A stretch of DNA of 64,000 nt from Callorhinchus milii. Taxonomy: Eukaryota. Position 1 is the first letter of the stretch, and each line of letters opens with the position of its first letter. This document shows positions 1 through 11,668 of this stretch, piece after piece. Below the pieces are notes generated by a model. That model was not told the origin of the DNA. It saw nothing but the letters and a program-made list of their open reading frames with translations, and ran no database searches. The stretch is from NCBI RefSeq assembly GCF_018977255.1, contig NW_024704745.1, positions 13,392,001 to 13,456,000 of the forward strand, read 5' to 3'. The translations under genes and the position numbers were made by a program.

Positions 1-330
1 AAATGAACTGAGAACATCATTCTACATTTTTAAAAAATCACTTATGTCCATTTGCTTCAGTGGTTTATTTCACGTAATGGATTCAAGCCAACAGTCTACC
101 AGATTAACGTTGGGTCAGGTGACTGGAGTGGTGCAAAAAACATTTAAATGCTTTTTTAAAAAATATACATAACTGAAAGTAGGAATATTCCTATGCATAA
201 ATCTTTGTACAATCAGGAGAACTAGAGTACACTGCAAACCTCAGAGTAACAAGTCAGTCACCTCTGTCTTAAACTCTTAATCAATTTTTTGGGGGGTCAG
301 ACAGGTGTCTGACACATGCAGAAAGCCATC

Positions 331-392
331 ACAACAACAACAACAACAAGATTCCATTTATAAAGCGCCTTTCACGTCAGGAGGACGTCCCA
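331..392 (-). mobile_element. L2-clade LINE extreme 3' tail
   Basis: Reverse complement reads tgggacgtcctcctgacgtgaaaggcgctttataaatg...(ttg)n, the same tail as the longer L2 copies. Confidence 0.8.
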
Positions 393-399
393 GCATCAC

Positions 400-908
400 C
401 ATGCTTAAGAGTTTCACTTTCTCCCTGGAGGGACACATCCTGCCTTGGCTCTTGCCAACATGCGCCTAATTCCGGAAAGTATTAGGCACATGTTGGCAAG
501 AGCCAAGGCTTAGGGACTCCAGAATGTGCGTTGGGATACTGCTGAAGTCTAACCAGCTAAAAACCACACGACCTGCCATTGATATTGCTGTCCGGCAAGC
601 TTTCCCGCTGCTTATCCAGCTGGGACCACCCTACCCGTTAGTGCTTTGGCTTGCAGGGTTAACAGGAGCTGAGTGGGACGACTCCCTCATCACAGCGACT
701 GGACTGCCCTTCTAGGTCCAGCGGATGAGCCATCTATGCTGCCATCAGCAGTGCCCTGGAGTACTACAGACCCGCCTGGCTCAGGAACCGGACTTCCGCA
801 GTGGGCTGGCTGTATTCTGAAATCCCATTACCAGGCATATTACCTTGGAGCAAGTTCAACTCCGAGGAGACCGCACTACACGCCACTCCCCCCCCCCCCC
901 CCCCCCCA
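400..908. repeat. Unclassified dispersed repeat (family D), copy 1
   Basis: Collinear similarity with 27321-27856 (gttggcaagagccaaggcttagg, ttgcagggttaacaggagctgagtggga, cctggctcaggaaccggact, accttggagc); both end in a C-rich run. Confidence 0.8.
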
Positions 909-1790
909 CCTACGGAGGATTTGTTTACAGCAACAACTTGTGTTTATGTTGTAGAGTACAACTGAAAATGGTCTTTTAACGGCTTCAACCAAGAAGTAAA
1001 CTAAGATTGAAAATTCCCCCATGACAGGCAATTTTGCTGAAAAAACAGTTTTGGGCTTTAATCTAAATCCCCACGGGGAAGCCTCCTGCAAAATCATCTC
1101 ATTTATTTTATTGAACCACGTAAGACACTACTAAAATATCAGACTACCAGCAATCTCCTTTGTGTCATCACAAGATCTATAATTGTGATTAGCTAACATC
1201 TCAAATATATGGGTAACATCTATAGATTAATATAATACTATGAAACAGAATTTATTTATTTAAAGCCCAACCAAGACAAATAGAGTGAAGGCTGGTAATC
1301 ACTGTCTATGAAAGCTTACAATTGCAGTTTGTTTTGTAAAACTCTAAAATATAGTTGTAAAAATGTCAGCGTGATGCACCTATTGACTTTGAGTCAGGTT
1401 GCAACCATGTCTCTAAGGCCAATTTTTGGCGAGATCTGCGGAGAAGATTAGAAAGATGTTGCTGTGTAAGCAATCCAAGCTGCTACACAAATAGTTGAAA
1501 AGCCATCAAGGGCGACAGATCAAAAAGCATAAATCTGCTACGAAATTCAGCAGTATTCAAACAACAAATGTAGATTACGTCCTTATCATGCCATATATTG
1601 TAGGTATTGCTATTTTATCAACATTCACAATTACCATTTACTGTAGGAATTAGATAGTCCACCCAGTTTAGAGATGGTGAAAGAATTATTCTTTTTCTAT
1701 TAAGATGATGTAGTTTTCATAAATCAGATCTCAGCATTAATACATTAGTAAACCCCACTTGTTGAAATTGGCAGCACATTCCAGAGATTA

Positions 1791-2101
1791 GTCCTGTAGC
1801 TCAGTGGTTAGAGCACTCGCTTTGCAAGTGAGAGACCTGAGTTCAATTCCAGACAGGGCGAAACCTTGGGCAAGTTTCCTTACTCCACACAGAGCCTAAT
1901 AATAATCCCTCCAAAAACAATAATAAAATTGGTCATTTTCAATCTACGACTGTTTGTGAGACATTGCTGTGTGCAATTGGCTGCCGCGTTCGCCCACAAA
2001 TATACAGTCAATTCACTTTACAGTGTGTTCTGTGAAACGCTTTGGGACGTCCTCCCGACGTGAAAAGCGCTATATCAAATGCAAGGATTATTATTATTAT
2101 T
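1791..2101 (+). mobile_element. tRNA-Ala-derived SINE (family A), full length, short form
   Basis: Head gtcctgtagctcagtggttagagc...ttgcaa...gttcaattcc (A and B boxes); core gctgtgtgcaattggctgccgcgtt; L2-like tail; (att)n end. Confidence 0.93.
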
Positions 2102-3280
2102 AAACAGCACCAAATATATTGCTTCTGTGTCGTAGTGAATTCTTGTCTTAAAGAATTGACATCACTGACTGCCTCCTATACTTTTGTAGGTGAGATGTAA
2201 TTTAATTTTGTTTTCCTAAATATCATTTATACCTTCCAGCTCAGGTGATTCTGAATGTAACTTCTCCCAAGGAAACAATACAGAATAATGGATATAACTG
2301 TATATATCCAGTCAGTCATTTTTATTGTATCATTTGGTGGCAGCGTTTTCACAGTGAAATCGTCTAAAACTAACATTTGCACTTACTGGAGTGACATCAG
2401 CGATAACTCACCTGCAAACTATCCTCCTTTATATAGAATTGCTGTCAAAGAAAGTAAAACAAATTAAACAACATTTTTTTTATCACTCTGTTTTTGCTTA
2501 GTGGTGTAGTTCAAGGACTGTAAGACATCTTCCTGGCTTGAAATATGCTACATATTGTATTGTACAGTTCAGTACAAATCCACAGTTTAATATTCAAAAG
2601 AATAATGTTTCTGACTGACTTGTTTCAATATCACGGCAATGGACAAATAAAATGTAGTATAGGTTACTTTTTCACAGCAAACAACATTGGAATAAACGCC
2701 AGGGGAAAAGATGTAGAAATAAATGTTTGCAATGTTGCCGAACCTAGTCTATGCCACTGATGGAGAGGTAACTTTACCAACAAGTGGAATTGTGTGTTCC
2801 TAATGTCAGAAATGAAGGACTTCAATAGCACAGTAAATGGAGAGTTGTTGCGCTCTTTATACCAATCTGTCACGTTTGAAACTGCTGCCCCCAAGAAAGG
2901 ATATGTATCATGAAAATGCTATTCAGCTTAAATCATTTTACACATTTTCTAGTTTTGGCTATTTCTTAGAATAAAATTATAGAAAAATAATTCACTTTTA
3001 ATTAATTTAGAAAGTAATCTCCAAATCCCTCTCCACTGTTCTTCAAACAGGGGCAGCTGGCATGCTAATGGTAACATCCGCTCCCAACATCCTAGTTACA
3101 CATGTCTTCCATGTTTAACATCTGTGCATCTAGAAGTTCTGAATTATGAGACAAAACACTGGTTAAACATTACCAAATTTCATATTTACGGTGTTGTAGA
3201 TGTAAAGTGTGTGTTATGAGGCCTCTGTTGGTAGAATATTATTGCAGATTTTAAGTTACTTGCTAGTAAAATAAATAATA

Positions 3281-3395
3281 ATAATTTGGTCACTCAATCT
3301 ACGACTGTTGTAGAACACTGCTGTGCACAATTAATTGCTGCATTTTGCCCACAAAATATACAGTCAATTCACTTTACAGTATATCGATTGTGAAA
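3281..3395 (+). mobile_element. Family A SINE internal fragment
   Basis: ttggtcactcaatctacgactg...cagtcaattcactttacagt. Confidence 0.8.
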
Positions 3396-3502
3396 CATTA
3401 AAACATTAAATTCAAGTTAAAATCATTTCTTACCTACTGACTACCGAAAAAAAAACATTATCGGTGAAAATCAACTTTAATGGTCCTTATATTGCATTCT
3501 AT

Positions 3503-3810
3503 GTGGAGTCCTGTAGTTCAGTGGTTAGAGCACTCGCTTTGCAAGTGAGAGACCTGGGTTCGATTCCCGGCAGGGCAAAACCTTGGGCGAGTTTCCTTAC
3601 TCCACATTCCTGATAATAATCCCTCAAGAAAAAAAACAATAATAAATTGGTCACTTCAATCCACGACGGTTTGTGGGACACTGCTGTGCGCAATTGGCTA
3701 CCGCATTTTTCCCACAAATATATAGTCAATTCACTTTACAGTCTATTCTGTGAAGCGCTTTGAGACATCTAGAAGACATGAAAAGCGCTATATCAAACTC
3801 AAGGATTATT
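3503..3810 (+). mobile_element. Family A SINE, full length
   Basis: Intact tRNA-like head with B box ggttcgattcc, core, and tail ending aaggattatt. Confidence 0.93.
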
Positions 3811-3819
3811 CTGTTATTC

Positions 3820-4200
3820 TGTGAAGAGCTCTGCAGCTCGTGTCCTCTCCCGCACCAAGTTCTGTGACCCATCACCCCCACCCTCGCCCGGCTCCACTGG
3901 CTCCCAACCCCCCAAGAGGATAGAGTTACAAAATCATTGTCCTCGCCTTCAACCTGTCCACTGGTCTGCTCGGGTCTTCAGCCTTTCTGCCCCCACCCTA
4001 TGGAACTCCATCCCACATTCCCTTCGCCTCACTCACTCCCTTGCCTCCTTCAAGCTGTGTCTCAAAACCCTCCTCTTCAAACGAAACTTCAGCCACACTC
4101 CCCGATCCCGACCCTCTGCTCGGGTCCAGAAAGTCCAAATCCTTGACTGTCCATCATCTTGGGACGTCCTCCCGACGCAAAAGGCCCTATACAAATGTTA
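3820..4200 (+). mobile_element. L2-clade LINE 3' fragment
   Basis: SAARVLSRTK...FSLSAPTLWNSIPHSLR...SFKLCLKTLLF (L2 ORF2 C-terminus), followed by the tail gggacgtcctcccgacg. Confidence 0.88.
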
Positions 4201-5134
4201 CTTTGTATCATATTTCAAATGCAGAAGATTCATATAACATTGGCAGACTTAAGTTTCAAGACTTACTTTTTTTAATCTATTAACATAAGATGGATTTGGG
4301 ATTTCACCATGTCCATTCCCATTCCCCCCCTTCCCCCCCGGAGTAATCATGACAGATCCAATTTGCATTAAGTAAGGATCAGTAAGGAGCCAAAAAGAAA
4401 ACTAGTTGCAAAATATTATTTTCTTGTTTAATTGTAATGACCAAATTCTATTATAGCATATCGACATCCGGAATGTCGACATTCAGAAAGCTACTTTAAA
4501 ATGTCTCTACAATATGTTTAACTCCAACTTCACTCAGCAACTATCCTTCTGAGATCTGCAAGTGAGATTGGCAATTTAGTACCGATTTGTGTAGAATTTA
4601 TGAACCGCTTTTTGCTTTGAATTGTGTCCACTAGGAACTGGTTTAAAACTACCTGAACTCATCTGAAATAGACTTTGGAAATACCAAAAGAAGGAAACTT
4701 GAATCTGATCAGTTTGCTAGATTTTTACATTGTTGGAGAGAAAATAAGATGAAGTATACACTTCATACAATCCACTTTAGAGACACTGGTAGAGGCCGGA
4801 GAGAGTAGGTGTCAAGCTCAATCTGTGGAAGCTGGTGAATTGGGTGACTCGAAAGAATAAGAGAGAAAAGAAAGAAGATGCAAGAAAACAAAATAAAGAG
4901 TTTTTAAGGATTAAAACTTTACAAAATGCAAGCTTAAGGTGATACCATTTCCAACAGGAACCAAAGTCGTGATAGAGCTCATAAATTCTCAGTTCCAAAC
5001 CAATTTTTCTACAGTCCCAAAGACCCGTGTAGCATTAATATATTTGACGTTGATAGGTTTTGCCACTGGTAGTAAATTCTGAAAACCAGGGAATTGGTGT
5101 AAGAACAAACCTGATGGAAAGTAAGTTTTTTTTA

Positions 5135-5604
5135 CTCTCACTCCCACCCTCGCTCGCCTCCACTGGCTCCCCATCCCCCAGAGGATCGAATTCAAGATCC
5201 TCATCTTCACCTACAAGGCCATTCACGGCCTTGCTCCCTCCTACCTCTCCGACCTACTATCCCCCTATTTACCTGCCCGTACCCTCCGTTCCTCTGGCTC
5301 CGGTCTGCTCCACATCCCCCGCCCGAACCGCCCTACCATCGGTGACCGGGCCTTCAGCCTCTCAGCACCTAGGCTCTGGAACTCCATCCCCCAGTGCCTT
5401 CGCCTTCCGGTCTCAAGACCTTTCTCTTCAACCGTGCCTTCAGCTCCCCTCTCGACTCTTTACCCCCTCCTCGCTCCCTCCCTCCGTTCCCTCCCCTCAC
5501 CCTGACCATTTCCCCCCTGCTCGGGTCCCGACCCAACTGTCCAGCGCCTTGGGACGTCCTCCCGACGTGAAAGGCGCTCCATAAATGAAATCTTGTTGTT
5601 GTTG
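5135..5604 (+). mobile_element. L2-clade LINE 3' fragment, CpG-rich and young-looking
   Basis: ctccactggctccccatcccccagaggatcgaattcaagatc (LHWLPIPQRIEFKI), C-rich 3' UTR, tail and (ttg)n. Confidence 0.92.
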
Positions 5605-6259
5605 TATTTGTTAATGTTCTAGTTCTATTTTGTGACAGATTGTACTAAGTATTAATGAAAAATGCAAACCTCCTGGGTAGCTGCTGTGAAATGACCATGT
5701 TTTAGGTCATTTGACTCTCAGACAACTAAATCTTATGTAAAACGATTCTTGAAGGACTATATTAGCAGATTATTATTGCTATTTTGTGAAATGACTACAT
5801 GGTTATTTTTTGTTTTAGTATTCTATATATATTTAAAGAGGATACACAATAAAAATAAGTATCAAACTAATCTTTAAAGAATATTTTTGACATATAACCT
5901 CTATCAATGTTTTTTTAAAAAGCGATAGGTACTACCAGTGGCTTTTCATTATTGTAGTTTTCTTTCAGTTGTCAGAAAATGTTGTCCAGTGCATCTAAGA
6001 TTTGGCTTCAACTATCAAATTTTCAGTTTGGAATCCAGACTTAATGAAATAAAATTGAAGAGATTACTTGATGGCAATTTTATTTTCTTCATAGTACTGT
6101 GATTGTTTTTGTTATTATGCAGACCATAAAAAGACCATTTAAACAAATTAATTTTGTGACTAATAAGCAGCACTTGTAGAAAACAAAGGGAGGTAAATCT
6201 AATCTTGCAGGTGGGATGTGCAGTCGTGTCAATGTCTCGGCAAGCGTAAAAGGTCAGTT

Positions 6260-6640
6260 GGGCTTCCCTCTGTGGGTAAAATGCACTGCCTGTTGTGCTA
6301 TTGAATTATACTTATCAGTGTGGCGTCGGGTTTGATTTATAGCATCACATGCAGGGATTATCTAGTTTGTGATGACAAACTTGTCCACCAGGTGATGATG
6401 AAAATGGTCCCAATGCCTCTGGCCAGAAATGGGGGGTAATTATTCAGATTCCAACTCTTGATTGGTCTCCAGTGATCCCCTTTGGAAAGTATTCAGCTGC
6501 TACCATTGATTGTCTGGGATAATACATAAAGAATGGCAATTCGGGCAAAATACCAGAAGACAATTAGCATCTGGAAATATAGCCCAACATGTTTCACTGT
6601 CTTTAGGAGAGAAGGGGAGAAAATTAGGGGTGGAAAAAAA
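6260..6640 (+). repeat. Old SINE-like dispersed repeat (family C)
   Basis: Shares the motif tgattgN(2-3)tccagtgaNccctNNtggaaagt and downstream blocks with copies near 23.4, 52.4, 57.2 and 60.2 kb. Confidence 0.6.
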
Positions 6641-7828
6641 GGTTAGTTGGAACTTAATGTATCCTTTTCAAAATTAACTTCCTTCATAAATTGTTTTCTT
6701 TGTATTTTATAAAGTTTCTACAATTTGAAATGTTTCTTTGCCCAACAATATGTGCTGGTTTTAAAAAATGTTTATTCATGTCCCGCTGCAAAAACAAAGC
6801 AATTTGTCTGTGTTGATGGTGATATTGTTTTGTATAATTAAAATAAACTTTTAAATTAATGGTGCCAACACAAAACAGTATATTGCCAAGTTAGAGAATG
6901 TTTGGCAAATAATTGTAGCTGTTTGAAAATCTTAACCTTTAGTTAAAAGTCCTATTAAATGCAGTCTTAAATTTTAGGTTAAATGGCCTTTTTCAAATGT
7001 TTCTTCCTCTGAAAGGCTGTATAGAGAAAGAGACCATGTTGATTATTATTCAATCTCAAAATAAAAATAATGACTGTGAAACAAAATAACACATCACATA
7101 AATTACTATATATAGCCTTTGTTCCAGAACAATACATTTCTGTGAGGAGTTATCAGAAAGAATTTGTTTTCCATCACAGGAACTAATTGAATCGGATAGG
7201 GGAATGGTTCCGCAGGAAATTAAACTGATCATACTGATACTGTTAGAGATACCCTTATGGCTGCACATATCGTCACTGCATGTATGTTGCATTTGGCAGA
7301 GGTTTCACCTCTGGACAATATTGTGCATGACATGAGTTTGCTTGACATCATTTGAGTATAAAATGAAAAAGAAAATTCCATTCCTCGGTAGCTTGTCAAG
7401 CATACATGCATAATTGTAAAGTTCAATTGTCTCTTCAAGAGTTCCTCCATTTGTTGCCGAATGTTCTTCACTTCAACCAATTTAATGTGTTACAAAGGCT
7501 TCTATTATTAATGCTTTGTCCCCAGATAAATACATAGGGAAGGTGGACAGCTGTGCCACTTTTGTTCCTTTGCTTCTTTGGCTAGGGTCTATATGTCTAC
7601 CATTATGTCCCATGAGAAGATTATTTCTGTGTTTGGACAGCCAGCATTTTTTGCTTTATATCACAGACACATAACATAAAAAAGCTCACCATTAAAGTTT
7701 TAAATAGTTGGAATTGATGTGGTTCGTAATATCAATCTTTCTCATAGACATAACAAAAAGAACAAGTAATCTTCTTTTATTAGCTTTGTCATTTTGAATT
7801 GGTAATGGATTTAGTGTTTACTAAATAA

Positions 7829-8528
7829 GCTCAACTATCTTCTTCCCCACATCCAAGCCATGACCCGCTCTGCCTTCCCTCACTTCCGTAACATCGCCCG
7901 ACTCCGCCACTACCTCACCCCTCAGGCCGCTGAAACTCTTGTTCATGTCTTCATCACCTCCAGGCTCGACTATGCAAACGTCCTGCTTGTCGGCCTTCCC
8001 AACTCCTCCCGCCACAGGCTGCAGATAATCCAGAACTCTGTAGCCCATGTCCTCTCCCACACCAAACTCCATAACCCCATCTCCACCACTCTCGCCCGAC
8101 TCCATTGGCTCCCTGTCCTTCAGAGGATCCAGTTCAAGATCCTGGTCCTCACCTACAAAGCTCTCCATGGTCTCGCCCCACCCTACCTCTGCGACTTCCT
8201 GACCCCCTACCAACCCGCCCGCTCCCTCCGCTCAGCCGGCTCTGGCCTGCTCCACTTCCTCCAACCCACCCACCCCACCATTGGCGGGAGAGCCTTCAGC
8301 CACTCTGCCCCCAACCTCTGGAATTCCATCCCCCAATCACTCCGGTTCGCCCCCTCCTTAGCCTCCTTCAAGTCCCACCTCCAAACCCTCCTCTTCGATC
8401 ATGCCATCGGTCCCCTCCCTTCTCCCTCCCTGACCCCAGCTCGGGTCTGAAATGCTGTACACTGTCCAGCGCCTTGGGACATCCTCCCAACGTGAAAGGT
8501 GCTATACAAATGTAAGCTTGTTGTTGTT
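7829..8528 (+). mobile_element. L2-clade LINE 3' fragment with open ORF2 C-terminus
   Basis: ORF 7860-8450: ETLVHVFITSRLDYANVLLVGLP...LQIIQNSVAHVL...LHWLPVLQRIQFKILVLTYKALHGLAPPYL...GGRAFSHSAPNLWNSIP; (ttg)n tail. Confidence 0.95.
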
Positions 8529-8794
8529 ACTACGGTATTCTTCAACTTAATTCCAAATCCCATTTCCTGTTAAACAACCAACATTATTCAAGGTAGAATC
8601 AGTAATCCAAGTTATTCAAGATGCACCAAAAGGCTTCCTTATTCACCAAGGACTATTCTTGTTGATTATCAGCATAATTGGCACAATGGGAAAAGCTAAC
8701 TTGACAATCCTATGTAAAACTGTTGAAAGTTCACTTACGTCATGGCATTCAAATTGATGAAATAATAACTGAAGATTACATTCTATCATTGCAG

Positions 8795-8996
8795 GAACAT
8801 TCCGGTGTACCTTCTGTCATACTGAGGTAGAAGAGGATGAATCTGCATTACCAAAGAAAGACGCAAGAACACTTTTGGCAAGATTCAATGAGCAGATTGA
8901 ACCGATCTATGCCCTATTGAGAGAAACTGAAGATATTAATCTGGCCTATGAAATCCTCGAGCCAGAGCCCACAGAAATTCCATCACTTAAATCAAG
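8795..8996 (+). CDS. GTF2E1: General transcription factor IIE subunit 1 (TFIIE alpha), internal coding exon, 202 nt, phase 1 to phase 2
   Basis: Acceptor ttctatcattgcag, donor AAG|gtagga. Translates (G)[66 protein letters not shown], near-identical to vertebrate TFIIE alpha including the second CxxC of the zinc ribbon. Not in the ORF track. Confidence 0.97.
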
Positions 8997-9087
8997 GTAG
9001 GAATGTAATTTAAATTGTTGTTTTGCATTCTTCATCCTACCAAACATATTAAAGGAACAAAATAGTTTTATTTAGTTAAGGAATTGG

Positions 9088-9245
9088 TGATAAGGGGCCC
9101 TAGTTTCAGATTGTAAGTAGAAGAATCGGGGAAAGATTGGAAAGATTTTTTTTATCACTCAGAGTGTTATTAGTTGATAGAATTCCTGAGCAGTAAATAC
9201 TGAGGCTGGATCAATAGAATTATTCAAAGGGGAACTGGATAGCTC
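9088..9245 (+). mobile_element. Degenerate CR1-clade LINE 3' fragment
   Basis: aggggccctagtttcagattgtaag...ttttatcactcagagtgtt...gaggctggatcaatagaattattcaaaggggaactggatag resembles RGH.LK...FFTQRVV...FK..LD. Confidence 0.6.
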
Positions 9246-9749
9246 CACAGCAATTAAAAAAAACGCTTTCATACAGACTAAATGACTATAAGTTGTTTAT
9301 TTTTGTGGTTAATTAGTGCTTATATACGACATAACATGAAATATAACACTGTAGATGGAAAGCAGTGTGATTGTCCTGGGACATATAAAAACTGATATGG
9401 TTTGCTCCAAGTTGGTGTGGTGAAAATCAGCTGGAGTTCCAATTTCAATAGAAAACGCCTGCATCTGCTTCTGAAGCTTATCTGTGATGCATTCCATGAT
9501 TGAAAATAGCTACATATATGGACTGAGGTTGCAAAGAGCTGCTGACATCAATCCTTCAACGTAATGTGCTGTCTTTAATAGTCAAAGGATGAATCATTTC
9601 TCCCCCCCCCCCCCCCCCCCCAAATGTCGCATGAGTGGAGGAAACCAGTCAATCATCTCTGGAATGTACCACAGTTCTGGTATATCCAGTACTGTACACA
9701 ATACTGGTGCTGTGAATATACTTATACAGCAGCAATGGGGGAGGATTCT

Positions 9750-10035
9750 AAATAAGATGCTTAATGGGATCGAGAAAGTAAACTGGAACAATACTTTCAT
9801 CCAAGGCAAGGCAGCTTAGGGCACAATGACCAGGGTTATGAAGGGTAAATTTAAACATAAATCACAAACTATTTATTTAACCAAAAACTGGAATAAATGA
9901 CCAGAATAGTTGGTTAAGGCCAAGGCACTATTCTCAATTAAAAAACATTTAGATACTGTGATGGGAGACAGTAGGGTTGATACTCTGAGAGGATGAAATC
10001 AACTAGTCTGAAGGATCTTCTTAATTTGAATCATG
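9750..10035 (+). mobile_element. Degenerate CR1-clade LINE 3' fragment
   Basis: KMLNGIEKVN-like start, then aagggtaaatttaaa...tggaataaatgacca...ttagatactgtgatggga, similar to 45760-46015. Confidence 0.6.
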
Positions 10036-10371
10036 TTAGTAACCTATTTAGTTACACAATTTTTATAAAGTCCAATGTAAGACAGATCACAACCATTAAT
10101 CAGGTGACAAGAGGTGAAGTTAGAGAATGAATGGCAGATCCAGGACTGCAATGAGATGGTTGTCAATTTACATTCTGTCAATTTACAGGTATTTGCTGAT
10201 TTAATCCCAGTTTGACGTCATTTTAATCCCTCAATGTTTATAACTGTTCAAAAATATATTTTTCTGTGGTGCATGCAAACAGTCAAATTCAGTATCTTTT
10301 GCCTCTCACATGATTTCTTTAAAAAAGATTCATAGAAGACATAAAAGAGAAAATTGCAATGAATACCGTTC

Positions 10372-10676
10372 TGAAGAATCCACAATTAAAGTAAATTAAA
10401 GTAAATAAGGGAAATCTTGCAATTTTAATCCTATTACATTATATAAATGTAAATTTGTATAGCCATTGTTGTCCCAATGCCATTGATTAAGATGTAGATG
10501 AGCAGGGATAGTAAACAAACATTGAAGAATCCACAATTAAAGTAAATTAAAGTAAATAAGGGAAATCTTGCAATTTTAATCCTATTACATTATATAAATG
10601 TAAATTTGTATAGCCATTGTTGTCCCAATGCCATTGATTAAGATGTAGATGAGCAGGGATAGTAAACAAACATTGA
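10372..10676. repeat. Perfect 151-bp tandem duplication (2 copies plus 3-nt overlap)
   Basis: 10372-10522 is repeated at 10523-10673 with no mismatch seen; tga microhomology at the junction. Confidence 0.95.
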
Positions 10677-10874
10677 CACTGATACACATGCTTGTTTTAT
10701 ACATGTATTAGGGGAGATTACTCATTTATGCAACAGATGTGCATTGTTTGTGAAGATGTCGTAATTTCTCCAGCTGCATGTATCCAAGATGCTAGGCAAA
10801 AAGTAATAGCTCCTCCATCATCATTATAGCTTGTCCTGTTCTCAAATATCATTATCTATGTCTGTTAAATAACC

Positions 10875-11110
10875 ATAGATCACACAAAAGGTCCAGATAA
10901 ACAGAGCCCTTCGGACGATTTGATGTCATCATTCCAGAAAATCCATCCATCTATTACTGAGATAGTAAATCATTTCAGTATCCTAGCCTCCACCACCCTT
11001 CTGGTAACCCAGAATATTGATTGGTCTTGGGGTAAATGAATACCGCCTGGTGTCTGTTTTAAAATTGTGCTTCGTATCCCTGAAACTTGCTCTCTTGTTC
11101 TATCTTGGGA
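10875..11110 (-). mobile_element. Degenerate CR1-clade LINE 3' end
   Basis: cctagcctccaccacccttctggtaa is the reverse of the typical LP.RVVEA segment; acagagcccttcgg resembles the CR1 tail. Confidence 0.55.
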
Positions 11111-11668
11111 TATCTGAAAGTATTGCTCTGCAATTACTTTCTTACACAGATTTACAAATCTTACATACAAGTATGTTGTAACCTGTTCTCAAGTGTGTGC
11201 CAGAGGTAGAAAATTGAAAATCAGTCTACTTTTATGTCAGGACAAACGGTGAATACTATTTTGAAGTCTAGGAGACTAGTTCATTAAAATGAAATTTACC
11301 AATTTACCAATATGATTTTCTACTTCTAAAGGGAGCTCTATCATTACCATCAATCATTTTGTTATAATGACAGAATAAAAGATTGTTATTTTTAGTGATC
11401 GGTGTAATAACTGACTTCATTGAGTAAAGGACCTTGAACATTAAAACACTAATACTTTTAATACTTAATACTTTATTATTGCAATAATAGACAAATGCTT
11501 TGAAAATGATTGAATGTTTTGGTTCTGACCTATGGTGTATGTGTGGCCTTACCCTGGACCATTAATAAAAAATAATTTTAATTTGAGCATAATGTACCAA
11601 ATGAAAATGTGTGACCTTTCTCTCGTGTTTATGCTCGCTGTTATGACTCAGTTATTTTTTTTTGATAG

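Noticed and set aside
1791-1862. tRNA-Ala gene
   Set aside because: The tRNA-like sequence runs directly into SINE body and tail in every copy; it is a SINE head.
4790-5121. Minus-strand exon-like segments inside the intron
   Set aside because: Polypyrimidine tracts are present, but the frames close quickly and the peptides are unrecognisable.
7180-7335. Extra GTF2E1 exon after tttgttttccatcacag
   Set aside because: The phase-1 frame required by the gene stops after two codons, and the open frame has no similarity to TFIIE alpha.
7860-8450. 196-aa ORF as a host gene (also 16909-17517, 12406-12807, 5060-5584, 3821-4237)
   Set aside because: These are L2 ORF2 C-terminal fragments or alternative frames of C-rich L2 sequence, 5'-truncated and lacking RT.
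1-8794. First coding exon of GTF2E1
   Set aside because: No ORF resembling the TFIIE alpha N-terminal winged-helix region was found; it presumably lies upstream of the window.
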